DNA from: Anaerolineales bacterium UBA2200
Lineage (GTDB): Bacteria > Chloroflexota > Anaerolineae > UBA2200
Assembly (NCBI GenBank): GCA_002327925.1
Contig: DCVA01000003.1
Span: 5,809 to 69,808, forward strand
Direction of reading: 5' to 3'
DNA: 64,000 nucleotides
Shown: positions 29,006 through 37,865 of the stretch, piece by piece
How positions within the stretch are numbered: position 1 is the first letter of the stretch
Layout: each line of letters begins with the position of its first letter
The notes under the pieces: generated by a model
What the model was told of the DNA's origin: nothing
Database searches by the model: none
What the model saw: the letters and a program-made list of their open reading frames with translations, nothing else
Program-made: the position numbers and the translations under genes

Positions 29006-31090
29006 ATGACTAGCGAGAACAATCAGCCGAGATCTGAGCTAACTCTCATCCGAAACATCGGCATTATTGCCCATATCGATGCTGGCAAGACCACTACGAC
29101 CGAGCGGATTCTGTACCATACTGGACAGACTCGCCGTATGGGCAATGTGGACGAGGGAAGCACCGTTACCGACTTTATGGACCAGGAACGCGAACGGGGC
29201 ATCACCATTCAGTCCGCCGCCGTCACGTGCCAGTGGAAGGATCACACGATCAACATCATCGACACTCCCGGGCACATCGACTTTACCGCCGAGGTCCAGC
29301 GCTCCCTGCGCGTTCTGGACGGAGGGGTGGTGGTCTTTGACGGAGTTGCCGGAGTCGAGCCCCAGTCGGAGACTGTCTGGCGCCAGGCCGACCGCTTTGG
29401 CGTACCCAGAATCGGTTTTGTGAACAAGCTGGATCGCCCAGGGGCCAATTTCCACCGTACTCTGGATATGGTGCGCGAGCGTCTGGGCTCAAATCCGGCA
29501 GCCATACAGCTGCCCATTGGCATCGAGGCCGACCTGGCTGGAGTGATCGACCTGGTTGAGATGGTCGCCCTCTGGTTCGACGCAGACGACGAGATTCGCG
29601 TGACGGAAATCCCGCCTGAGCGGGAGACGGAGGCCCGGACCTGGCACCAGCGGCTGCTCGAGCAGCTGGCTGACCTTGACGATGACATCGCAGTGCTCTA
29701 TCTCGAAGGCAAGCCTGTGCCAGCCGATCAGATCCGTCAGGTGCTGCGCCGGGAGACAGTAGCCGGGCGCATCGTGCCTTTCCTCTGCGGTTCGTCTCTG
29801 CGCAACAAAGGCGTGCAGTCGTTGCTGGATGCCATCGTCGCCTATCTGCCCGCTCCGAGCGACATCGCCGCGATCCACGGTATTGTGCCCGGATCCGACG
29901 AGGATGTCGCATGTCACGCCGATCCCACAGAACCTGCAGCAGCGCTGGTGTTCAAGATCGTCACCGACCCCTACATGGGACGTCTGGTCTATTTCCGGGT
30001 CTACTCAGGCACTGTGCGGCATGGCCATGCCTTAATCAACGTGAATCGCAACGAGACGGAGCGAACGGGACGTATCGTGCGCATGCACGCCGACCGACGA
30101 GAAGAAGTCGAGGAATTGCGCGCCGGCGATATCGGCGCAGTACTCGGTTTCAAGGCCGCAGGAACCGGCGAGACGTTGTGCGACCCTCAGAGACCGGTTC
30201 TGCTGGAGAAGATCCAGTTCCCGGTGCCGGTCGTCCATCTGGCCATCGAACCTCAGAGCAAGGCAGACAGCGCCAAACTCGGGCTATGCCTGCAGCGACT
30301 CTCCGATGAGGACCCGACCATTCAGGTTCGCCAGGACGATAGGACAGGGCAGACGATCATCGCCGGAATGGGCGAGCTGCACCTGGAGGTTTTCGTCGAG
30401 CGAATGAAGCGCGAGTTCAATGTACATGCGCGTGTGGGTCAGCCTCAGGTCGCCTACTGCGAGACCATCACGCGACCTGCTCGGGGTGAACATCGCCTGG
30501 TTCGCCAGACAGGCGGGCACGGCCAGTATGCGCACGTGGTCCTTACCATGGAGCCCCTGACCCCGGGGAGCGGGTTTGTGTTTGAGGACCTCCTGCACGG
30601 CTCGGCTGTCCCGCGCAAGTTCGTGCCTGCCATCGAATCCGGCATCCGCGATGCTCTGCAGCGTGGCATTCTGGCGGAGAATCCGGTAATCGACCTGAAA
30701 GTATCCGTGATTGACGGCAGCTTCCACGAGGTGGACTCGTCCGAAATGGCCTTCCGTGTTGCTGCTTCGATGGCCTTTCAGGATGGGGCAACCCGAGCGG
30801 CTCCGGTGATCCTGGAACCGATGATGCGCCTGGAGGCGATCGCTCCAGAGGAATACACGGGTGAGGTGATGGCCGACCTCAAGATACGTCGGGCGAACAT
30901 CACGGGGATGGAGCGCCGGCACGAGACTCAGTCGGTCACCGCGGACGTGCCCCTGGCTACCATGTTCGGCTACGCCAGCGGCCTGCGCTCACGCACGCAG
31001 GGACGAGGTACGTTCACCATGGAGTTCGACCACTATGCCGCTGTGTCTGAGGCGATCCAGCGCATGCTGAGCCTCCAGAAAGCGGCCTGA
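29006..31090 (+). CDS. fusA: elongation factor G paralog (EF-G2-like translational GTPase)
   Basis: G1 motif AHIDAGKTT and G3 motif DTPGHIDF. Full five-domain length (694 aa). Confidence 0.9.
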   Translation: MTSENNQPRSELTLIRNIGIIAHIDAGKTTTTERILYHTGQTRRMGNVDEGSTVTDFMDQERERGITIQSAAVTCQWKDHTINIIDTPGHIDFTAEVQRSLRVLDGGVVVFDGVAGVEPQSETVWRQADRFGVPRIGFVNKLDRPGANFHRTLDMVRERLGSNPAAIQLPIGIEADLAGVIDLVEMVALWFDADDEIRVTEIPPERETEARTWHQRLLEQLADLDDDIAVLYLEGKPVPADQIRQVLRRETVAGRIVPFLCGSSLRNKGVQSLLDAIVAYLPAPSDIAAIHGIVPGSDEDVACHADPTEPAAALVFKIVTDPYMGRLVYFRVYSGTVRHGHALINVNRNETERTGRIVRMHADRREEVEELRAGDIGAVLGFKAAGTGETLCDPQRPVLLEKIQFPVPVVHLAIEPQSKADSAKLGLCLQRLSDEDPTIQVRQDDRTGQTIIAGMGELHLEVFVERMKREFNVHARVGQPQVAYCETITRPARGEHRLVRQTGGHGQYAHVVLTMEPLTPGSGFVFEDLLHGSAVPRKFVPAIESGIRDALQRGILAENPVIDLKVSVIDGSFHEVDSSEMAFRVAASMAFQDGATRAAPVILEPMMRLEAIAPEEYTGEVMADLKIRRANITGMERRHETQSVTADVPLATMFGYASGLRSRTQGRGTFTMEFDHYAAVSEAIQRMLSLQKAA

Positions 31091-31103
31091 GCGAGGAGGT
31101 CCT

Positions 31104-31886
31104 GTGACCAACGCTACCCTGACGGCACTGGAGAACAAACCCAGGCCCTACGTGATGGCCCATCGCGGCAATCGGGTGGCCTGCCCGGAGAACACGCTGG
31201 CCGCTTTTCGCCGGGCGCTGGCCGACGGGGCGGACCTGCTGGAGACTGACCTGCACCTGAGCTCGGACAACCACTTTGTATGCATCCATGACGGCACGCT
31301 GGACCGCACAACAAACGGCACGGGCGAAGTCGCCGCCAAGGAGCTGGCGGAGCTCAAGTCCCTCAGTGCATCGTACGGTCGTGCCGAGTTCATCGAGGAG
31401 CGTATTCCGACTCTGTCCGAGGTAGCAGCACTGCTGCCTCCCGATGTTGCGCTGGCGCTAGAGCTCAAGACCGACCGCTTCCTGGAGACGGAGGTTTGCC
31501 ATGCGCTGGCCAGAGAGCTCGAGCAGAGCGGCGTTCGAAACCGGACCCTCGTGATTTCCTTCTCTCTACCAAGGGTGCTGGCTGTGCAGGCAGCGGCTCC
31601 GGACCTTGCGGCCGGCTGGATCACCCTGGGACGACTGCGGCCGATCCGACAGGTGCGCTTGCTGGGACCCTTCTGGCCCATCCTGTTCTTCAACCCAGTC
31701 TACGTCTGGGCAGCTCATCGTCGGGGTCAGGTGGTGTGCCCGCTCGATCCGACCCCGGACCGCCGCCTCTGGTGGTACCGCGCTTTGCGCTGCGATGCTG
31801 TCCTGACCGATAATCCTGAAGCTACGTGCCGCGCCCTGGGCCGCCCGGCTCATGGCGCAGCGGAGAATCCATCACCTCAGGCATAG
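31104..31886 (+). CDS. glycerophosphodiester phosphodiesterase family protein
   Basis: GDPD motifs (MAHRGNRVACPENTLAAF…ETDLHLSSD). Confidence 0.85.
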   Translation: MTNATLTALENKPRPYVMAHRGNRVACPENTLAAFRRALADGADLLETDLHLSSDNHFVCIHDGTLDRTTNGTGEVAAKELAELKSLSASYGRAEFIEERIPTLSEVAALLPPDVALALELKTDRFLETEVCHALARELEQSGVRNRTLVISFSLPRVLAVQAAAPDLAAGWITLGRLRPIRQVRLLGPFWPILFFNPVYVWAAHRRGQVVCPLDPTPDRRLWWYRALRCDAVLTDNPEATCRALGRPAHGAAENPSPQA

Positions 31887-31904
31887 CAGCCCATCCACGG
31901 CGGG

Positions 31905-32633
31905 CTAACGCAGAGGGTGGTACAGGGGGTCGCGCAGGTCGATGCCAGCACTGAGCAGGGACGGCAGCGAGGCCACGTTCGGAATGCGGCAGCCCGGGCA
32001 GTCGGCGTAGAGGCCATAGGGATCCAGATGCACGGCGGCAATGCCGGCCTGGTTGGCTCCGAGTACGTCGATGCGGTAAAAGTCACCCACATAGAGACAG
32101 GCCTCTGGCTCCAGGCCCAGCTCTTGCAGAGCGTGCTGGAACAGACGAACGTCCGGCTTGGTGAAGCCCACCACATGCGAGTCGTACACCTTCTCGAAGA
32201 AGGATCGCAGACCTGCCTTTGTGAGCTCCTGCTCCACGCGGCCGTCCGCATTGGAGATCACGGACATCGAATACCCGGCCTTCTGAAGATCCTCAAGAGC
32301 CTGATGCACCCAGGGATACGTGACGTTCCACAGACTGCTCTCAAGGTCCTTGTCTCTCAGACGGCTGGCCGCCTCCGGGATACGTTGCACCCCAACTCCT
32401 GCCCGTTCCAGAACCCATTCGAAGAAGCGGAAGGTGCCCGGCGCGCCGCTCATCAACTGCTCATCCAGTTGGCGCACATAGCGCGCCATCAGCAGGTCCA
32501 GGTACTCAGCCGGAACATCCGCCCCAAAGTCCAAGATCACCTCACGCATGACATTCGGGTTGGGGAACATCATCGTGCCCCCCACATCGAGCAGCAGATA
32601 CGGTGTCAACTCAGAAGCCTCCTGTCCAGCCAT
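31905..32633 (-). CDS. HAD family hydrolase
   Basis: HAD motif I LLLDVGGT and motif IV VGDFYRIDVLGANQAG. The start is taken at the internal ATG (MAGQ…). Confidence 0.7.
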   Translation of the reverse strand: MAGQEASELTPYLLLDVGGTMMFPNPNVMREVILDFGADVPAEYLDLLMARYVRQLDEQLMSGAPGTFRFFEWVLERAGVGVQRIPEAASRLRDKDLESSLWNVTYPWVHQALEDLQKAGYSMSVISNADGRVEQELTKAGLRSFFEKVYDSHVVGFTKPDVRLFQHALQELGLEPEACLYVGDFYRIDVLGANQAGIAAVHLDPYGLYADCPGCRIPNVASLPSLLSAGIDLRDPLYHPLR

Positions 32634-32704
32634 AACAAAGCCCGGCCTCCAGCGCAGCGGATTTTGCGGCACTGGCCATGCCGGGCCATCGCGACCAGCG
32701 GCAG

Positions 32705-33812
32705 CTAACTCTGCGCTTCCCCAACCTGCGATTTCAGCCAGGACTGCATGAACGAGTCCAGGTCGCCATCAAGCACAGCGTCGGTATTCCCCACTTCGTA
32801 GCCGGTGCGCAGGTCCTTGACCATGTGATAGGGGTGAAGCACATACGAGCGGATCTGGTTCCCCCACCCGGCAGATACATGTTTGCCTTTCAGCCTGGCC
32901 CGCGACTCGTCACGCTTGCTCTCCTCCAGGTCGTAGAGCCGCCCTCGGAGCACCTTCATGGCCATCGCTCGATTCTGTGCCAGCGAGCGCTCGTTCTGAC
33001 AACTGGCGATGATGCCGGTGGGCATGTGCGTGATCCGGATTGCGGTGGCGTTCTTCTGCACATTCTGACCGCCGTGACCGCCGGCATGGAAGGTATCGAT
33101 ACGCAGGTCGTCCGGGTTGATCTGCACGTCGATGTCGTCCTCGAGGTCCGGTACGACTTCGATCAGCACGAACGAGGTATGCCTGCGGTGCGCCGCGTCG
33201 TACGGCGAGAGTCGAACCAGGCGATGAACGCCCCGCTCGCTTTTCAGATAGCCGTACGCATACTCGCCCATCACGGAGACCGTGGCGCTCTTAATCCCTG
33301 CCTCTTCGCCCGGCATTGTGTCCAGCATCTCCGTCTCGTATCCGCGGGCTTCGGCCCAGCGCAGGTACATGCGCAGCAGCATCGCGGCCCAGTCCTGCGA
33401 CTCCGTCCCTCCAGCGCCGGCGTGAAGGGAGAGAATGGCATTGCCTGTGTCGTGCTTGCCGCTGAAGGCCAGCCGGAACTCCAAGTTCTCCAGCTCGCCT
33501 TCGACCTCCTCGACATCGCGCGCCAGCTCCTCTGCCATTGTGGAATCGTGCTCTGCCTCGGCCAGTTCGATCAGCTCCAGCATCTCCCGGATTCGACCGG
33601 ACAGCCCGCGCCAGAGGCTGACCGTTTCCTTGTAGCGGGTCATCTGCTGCATGGTCTTCTGGGCCCCATCCACATCCTCCCAGAAGCCGGGCTGCGTAGA
33701 GAGACCTTCCAGGCGCAGGATTTCCTTTTCGGCGCTGGCAACGTCAAAGACGCTCCAGAAGCTGGTTTACCCGTTCGTCCAGTACATTCAGCCTTGCTCT
33801 CAGTTCTTCCAT
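32705..33812 (-). CDS. prfB: peptide chain release factor 2, requiring a programmed +1 ribosomal frameshift at CUU UGA C (minus-strand coordinates 33749-33743)
   Basis: ATG at 33812 with a GGAGAGG RBS gives MEELRARLNVLDERVNQLLERL, then an in-frame UGA inside the canonical CTT TGA C shift site. The +1 frame continues DVASAEKEIL…VDGAQKT… into the 322-aa ORF, which carries the GGQ motif (HGGQNVQK) and RF2 homology. Confidence 0.9.
33743..33758 (-). other. prfB autoregulatory frameshift site: internal SD-like GGAG followed by CUU UGA C
   Basis: Read directly from the minus strand: CTG GAG CGT CTT TGA C. Confidence 0.8.
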
Positions 33813-33875
33813 ACCTCTCCCGTTTCCACCAGCCCTGATGGAGACCCATCTGAGCCCAGATTCATGGACCGGCGG

Positions 33876-34805
33876 CTACAGGCCGCCTTGATCGAACAGG
33901 CCCTCCACGAACTCGCTGGCACGGAATTCGGCTACATCCTCGGCCTGCTCACCCGTTCCCACGAAGAAGATGGGCAATTTGAGCTCACGGACGACCGAGA
34001 AAACAATGCCGCCCTTGGCAGTGCCGTCCAGTTTGGCCAGGAAGAGCCCGGTCACGTCTACCGCCTCGCCGAAGGTACGGGCCTGTGCCAACCCATTCTG
34101 CCCGGTTGTGGCGTCCAGCACCAGAAGGGTCTCATGCGGCGCTCCCGGCAGCTGCCGCGATGCCACTGAGTGGATCTTGCGCAGCTCCTGCATCAGGTTG
34201 TGTTTGGTGTGCAGTCGCCCTGCGGTATCCACTATGAGCACGTCCACCCGTCGAGATAGAGCAGCTCCCACAGCATCAAAAACCACCGCGCCAGGGTCGC
34301 CCCCGGCCTGATGCGCGATCAATTCGATACCCAGGCGATCCGCCCAGACCTTGAGCTGATCAATGGCAGCCGCCCGAAACGTGTCGCCCGCCGCCAGAAG
34401 AACCCGCTCTCCGCGCAACTGGTGATAGCGTGCCAGTTTGGCGATGCCGGTGGTTTTGCCCGAACCGTTGACTCCCACCACCAGCACAACCGAAAGGGGT
34501 CGCTTTTCCCCAGGCAGGTAGGACCGCCCGGGCACATTCAGCAGGGCCGTCATCTCCTCCTGGAGCAGCGCCTGAACCCTGTCTGCCTGGCGGATGTGCT
34601 CGCGGGCGGCCCGCTCGCGCAACGAGCTTACCAGCGCGACCGTCGTTTCCACGCCGACGTCGGCCTGAATGAGCAGCGCTTCAAGCTCTTCCCAGGTCTC
34701 TTCCGTCAACTCTGTCTGCGTGAGCAAACCGGCCAGCCGCCCGAATACGGACTGACGCGTGCGGGTGAGGCTGTTGCGCAGCTTGTCGGGTCTCTTAAAG
34801 ATCAT
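33876..34805 (-). CDS. ftsY: signal recognition particle receptor FtsY (short form, NG domain)
   Basis: SRP GTPase motifs (GVNGSGKTT, DTAGR, and a degenerate GxxD). Confidence 0.9.
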   Translation of the reverse strand: MIFKRPDKLRNSLTRTRQSVFGRLAGLLTQTELTEETWEELEALLIQADVGVETTVALVSSLRERAAREHIRQADRVQALLQEEMTALLNVPGRSYLPGEKRPLSVVLVVGVNGSGKTTGIAKLARYHQLRGERVLLAAGDTFRAAAIDQLKVWADRLGIELIAHQAGGDPGAVVFDAVGAALSRRVDVLIVDTAGRLHTKHNLMQELRKIHSVASRQLPGAPHETLLVLDATTGQNGLAQARTFGEAVDVTGLFLAKLDGTAKGGIVFSVVRELKLPIFFVGTGEQAEDVAEFRASEFVEGLFDQGGL

Positions 34806-34905
34806 ATCCTCATTATAGCCAATGCCGGAGGTCCGACAAGCCCCCGGAACGAAAGAGCGACCAGAACCTGCGTGGTCCTAGTCGCTGCACGACGCGATTG
34901 GAGTG

Positions 34906-35973
34906 TCAGACTGCGCTTTGCTTTCGCCGCAACCACAGGCTCAGTAGCAGCAGGATCAACACCAGACCGCCCAGTGTAAGCTCCAGCCGCAGCAGCAAGT
35001 TGCGCACAGTAGCCAGACGGTCTCCTGAGTCGGAGGCAGGCGCGGCGGAGGCATCCCGCTCTACAGGCGACCTCGACTCGCCAGGTCCGTGTTCAACCGG
35101 GCCTGCATCGGGAGGTGACTCGACGATCTCGGGCATCGGTGTCGGCAGCGACATCGCAGTGGGGGCAGGGGCCGCTGTTGGCGCAACGGTTGCTCCATAG
35201 GTAGGCAGGGCTGTTTCTTCCTCAGTCGCAACAGGCGACGCTACTGCTCCGTCCGGCGTTGGGCTTGGAGCGTCAGGCGGCCCCGCCGGGCGACTGAAAG
35301 TCTCGGTCGGCATCGACTGCACCATCAGCACCTGACTGTCTGAGCTCGCCTCCAAAGGCTCGGTCGGTGAACCTGCTCCTGCTGTCGCGATGACCTGATT
35401 ATCGCTCGGCCCGGGCGCCGCCGGCAACGGCGCTGGCGCCATCAAAGCGACCGTGCCAGCTTCATCTGTCGGTGCAAGGCCATCTTCAACGGATTTGGCC
35501 ATCAGCGGCTCTTCCACCCCGCGCTGGGTCGCCTCGGGGACGGGAGCCGTTGACTGAAGCGTGGCCCCCCAGCCAGAGCGCAGCAGCAGGTCGCCAGAGA
35601 CCACCAGAACCAGCAAGGCAGTAGCCACTGAGGTCGCCAGCTGCAGGTAGCCGAAGGTAAACCGGCTGCGCTGCGTCAGCGGCGGACGATTGCGCTCGAC
35701 CCGCTCCCCTTCGCTGCGGGGACGGCTGCGCACGCCCTCACTGAGGGGGATGGCGAAGGAGCGCGGCACCTGCAGCATCGGAGCCCGGCGCAGCAAAGCC
35801 ACGGTAGCCCTGAGCTCCGCAAGCGTGGCGCGGCACTCGGCGCACTCGGCCAGGTGCCGGTCGATACGAGCCCGCTCACGCGGGTTGACTTGCTCATCGA
35901 TATAAGCGCTGAGGTTCTCCAGGCAAAAGCCGTGCTCAACCTGCCGCGGTTTCTTGATCCAGCCCCACATCAT
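34906..35973 (-). CDS. anti-sigma factor (zf-HC2 type) with extracytoplasmic Pro/Ala/Thr-rich region and C-terminal TM segment
   Basis: zf-HC2 motif HLAECAECR, a TM helix, a long low-complexity region and a terminal hydrophobic helix. The start overlaps the sigma-factor stop. Confidence 0.7.
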   Translation of the reverse strand: MMWGWIKKPRQVEHGFCLENLSAYIDEQVNPRERARIDRHLAECAECRATLAELRATVALLRRAPMLQVPRSFAIPLSEGVRSRPRSEGERVERNRPPLTQRSRFTFGYLQLATSVATALLVLVVSGDLLLRSGWGATLQSTAPVPEATQRGVEEPLMAKSVEDGLAPTDEAGTVALMAPAPLPAAPGPSDNQVIATAGAGSPTEPLEASSDSQVLMVQSMPTETFSRPAGPPDAPSPTPDGAVASPVATEEETALPTYGATVAPTAAPAPTAMSLPTPMPEIVESPPDAGPVEHGPGESRSPVERDASAAPASDSGDRLATVRNLLLRLELTLGGLVLILLLLSLWLRRKQSAV

Positions 35974-35989
35974 CCGATGCCTCTTTGTA

Positions 35990-36586
35990 TCACAGTGTCC
36001 CGTCGGAGCGGGACCTGGTTGTAAGACGACCGCCACGGGTCGAAAGTTCCTCGTGGCTCTGTATGTACTCTCGCATGCGCGCTCTACCGCGACTCAATCG
36101 TGACTTGACCGTTCCCAGCTCCACGCCAGTCGACTGAGCGATCTCCTCGTACCCAAGCCCCTGGATATCGGACAGGACCAGAGTAACCCGCTGGTCGGGA
36201 GGCAGCTCGTCCAACCCGGCCTGGATAACTCGCCCCAGATCCTGGCGCAGCGCGTACTCTTCGGGAGATTCGGCCTTGTCCATCAGCCAGGTACTGTGGT
36301 CCGGATCCACCTCGAGGTCATCCAGTGAAGTGGTCGGACGGCGCCGCGCAACCCGCAACTGATCATAGCAGGCATTGGTTACGATGCGCAGCAGCCAGGC
36401 CCGGAAATTGCCGCCGCGGAACCCGGAGAGGGCATGAAACGCCGACAGAAACGCCTCTTGAGAGGCATCTGCAGCGGCGTCCTGATCGTGCAGCACACGA
36501 TAGGCCACGTTGTAGACGACGGCCTGGTGCATCAGCACAAGTTCATTGAAAGCTGATACGTCGCCCTGTCGAGCTGCGGCGATCAA
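35990..36586 (-). CDS. ECF (sigma-70 family) RNA polymerase sigma factor
   Basis: Region 2 and region 4 motifs are present. The first in-frame start is TTG at 36586 and no upstream ATG or GTG exists, so start confidence is lower. Confidence 0.8.
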   Translation of the reverse strand: MIAAARQGDVSAFNELVLMHQAVVYNVAYRVLHDQDAAADASQEAFLSAFHALSGFRGGNFRAWLLRIVTNACYDQLRVARRRPTTSLDDLEVDPDHSTWLMDKAESPEEYALRQDLGRVIQAGLDELPPDQRVTLVLSDIQGLGYEEIAQSTGVELGTVKSRLSRGRARMREYIQSHEELSTRGGRLTTRSRSDGTL

Positions 36587-36639
36587 GCTCTGCTCATCCC
36601 TGACCGTTCTGACTTCTCCCCATCGCAGACTGAGAGCCG

Positions 36640-36669
36640 ATTATACAATTCGACCCGGGACAGGTCAAC
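36640..36669 (-). promoter_or_regulatory. sigma70-type promoter TTGACC-N18-TATAAT on the minus strand upstream of the ECF sigma/anti-sigma operon
   Basis: Seen in sequence as the reverse complement of GGTCAA at 36664-36669 and ATTATA at 36640-36645. Confidence 0.4.
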
Positions 36670-36701
36670 TGCTCTTACGTCAACGGAAAGCGCAGATCCA
36701 T

Positions 36702-36730
36702 TTGACTAAACAAGTCGACTACTCTATACT
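36702..36730 (+). promoter_or_regulatory. sigma70-type promoter TTGACT-N17-TATACT ending 9 nt before the tRNA-Leu 5' end
   Basis: Seen in sequence with consensus spacing. Confidence 0.5.
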
Positions 36731-36739
36731 TCACTTCAG

Positions 36740-36822
36740 GCCGAAGTGGCGGAACGGTATACGCGGCGGTCTCAAAAACCGCTGGGGGTAGCCCTGTGTG
36801 GGTTCGAATCCCACCTTCGGCA
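36740..36822 (+). tRNA. tRNA-Leu (anticodon CAA), class II with long variable arm
   Basis: Acceptor stem GCCGAAG/CTTCGGC. Anticodon stem GCGGT/ACCGC with loop CTCAAAA. T arm GTGGG-TTCGAAT-CCCAC. Discriminator A. No encoded CCA. Confidence 0.8.
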
Positions 36823-36895
36823 TAGGATGTTTTGTACCGGTACTGCCGTCGGGGCCCTGTGGAGCCCCGCATTTTGTGTCAAAGGGAGATGAGTC

Positions 36896-37819
36896 ATGCC
36901 TCTTGTAACCAGTAAAGAGATCCTCCAGACCGCTCTGGCCAACCACTTTGCCATCGGCGCCTTCAATGCCAACAATATGGAGCAGATCCAGGGCATCATC
37001 GAGGCCGCGCAAGAGGAGCGTTCCCCGGTTATCCTGCAGGTCAGTCAGGGGGCCATCCGCTATGCCGGGCTCGAGTTCGCTGCCGCGATGGTACGTACTG
37101 CGGCCAGCCTGGTGGACGTTCCGGTGGTCCTGCATTTGGACCACGGCTATGATTTTGAGCAGAATGTGCAGTGTCTGCGTGCAGGGTTCACGTCCTTGAT
37201 GTACGACGGGTCCAAGAAGTCATTCGACGACAACGTGGCCATGACCCGCAAGATCGTTGAGATTGCCCACATCGCCGGCATCCCGGTCGAGTCCGAGTTG
37301 GGACGGGTGGCCCAGTCAACGGACAAGCTCACGCACGAGCAGGTATGCGCATTGATGACTGACCCGCAGGAGGCCAAACGATTTGTTGAGCTGACCGGGG
37401 CCGACTCGCTGGCCGTGGCCTGTGGTTCGGTGCACGCGATGCAGGCCCAGGCGGCCGAACTGGATATCGCCCGGATCAAGGCCATTCACGAGCAGATACC
37501 GGGGACCCCGCTCGTGCTGCACGGTTCGTCCGGGGTCAAGACGGATAGCTTTATGGCCGCCATTGATTTCGGCATCAGCAAGATCAATGTTGCCACCTAC
37601 CTCAACCAGGCATTCACGCGAGGTATGCGCGAGGCACTGGCCAAGTACCCGGACGAAGTGGATCCGCGCAAGTTCCTTACTCAGAGCCGCGAGTACGTGA
37701 AAGAGGCGGTCCGCGAAAAGATCCGCCTGTTCCGCAGCGCGAACACCATCGACGCCAGCGGCGGCTTCCGCAGCCCCTCAAAGCAATACCGCAGCGCCGA
37801 CATTGGCGCTGCCGAGTAG
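36896..37819 (+). CDS. fba: class II fructose-bisphosphate aldolase
   Basis: Class II aldolase motifs (FNANNMEQ…, VVLHLDHG). 307 aa. Confidence 0.9.
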   Translation: MPLVTSKEILQTALANHFAIGAFNANNMEQIQGIIEAAQEERSPVILQVSQGAIRYAGLEFAAAMVRTAASLVDVPVVLHLDHGYDFEQNVQCLRAGFTSLMYDGSKKSFDDNVAMTRKIVEIAHIAGIPVESELGRVAQSTDKLTHEQVCALMTDPQEAKRFVELTGADSLAVACGSVHAMQAQAAELDIARIKAIHEQIPGTPLVLHGSSGVKTDSFMAAIDFGISKINVATYLNQAFTRGMREALAKYPDEVDPRKFLTQSREYVKEAVREKIRLFRSANTIDASGGFRSPSKQYRSADIGAAE

Positions 37820-37865
37820 CGCCGCGGCGCCACTTGCGTCCTGACTCACACACAGAGGAGGATCT

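Noticed and set aside
28729-29022. 97-aa minus-strand ORF across the TetR/EF-G intergenic region
   Set aside because: Lies over the operator palindrome and the promoter region. No RBS. More likely regulatory DNA than coding.
29006-31090. Possibility that the EF-G-like gene is a Tet(M)/Tet(O)-type ribosomal protection protein
   Set aside because: At 694 aa it has full-length EF-G-like domains and sequence throughout. RPPs are ~640 aa and diverge in domain IV. An EF-G paralog is the conservative call.
32678-33838. 386-aa plus-strand ORF antisense to prfB, and the 69-aa minus ORF 33640-33849
   Set aside because: prfB with its frameshift fully explains this locus. These are alternative frames.
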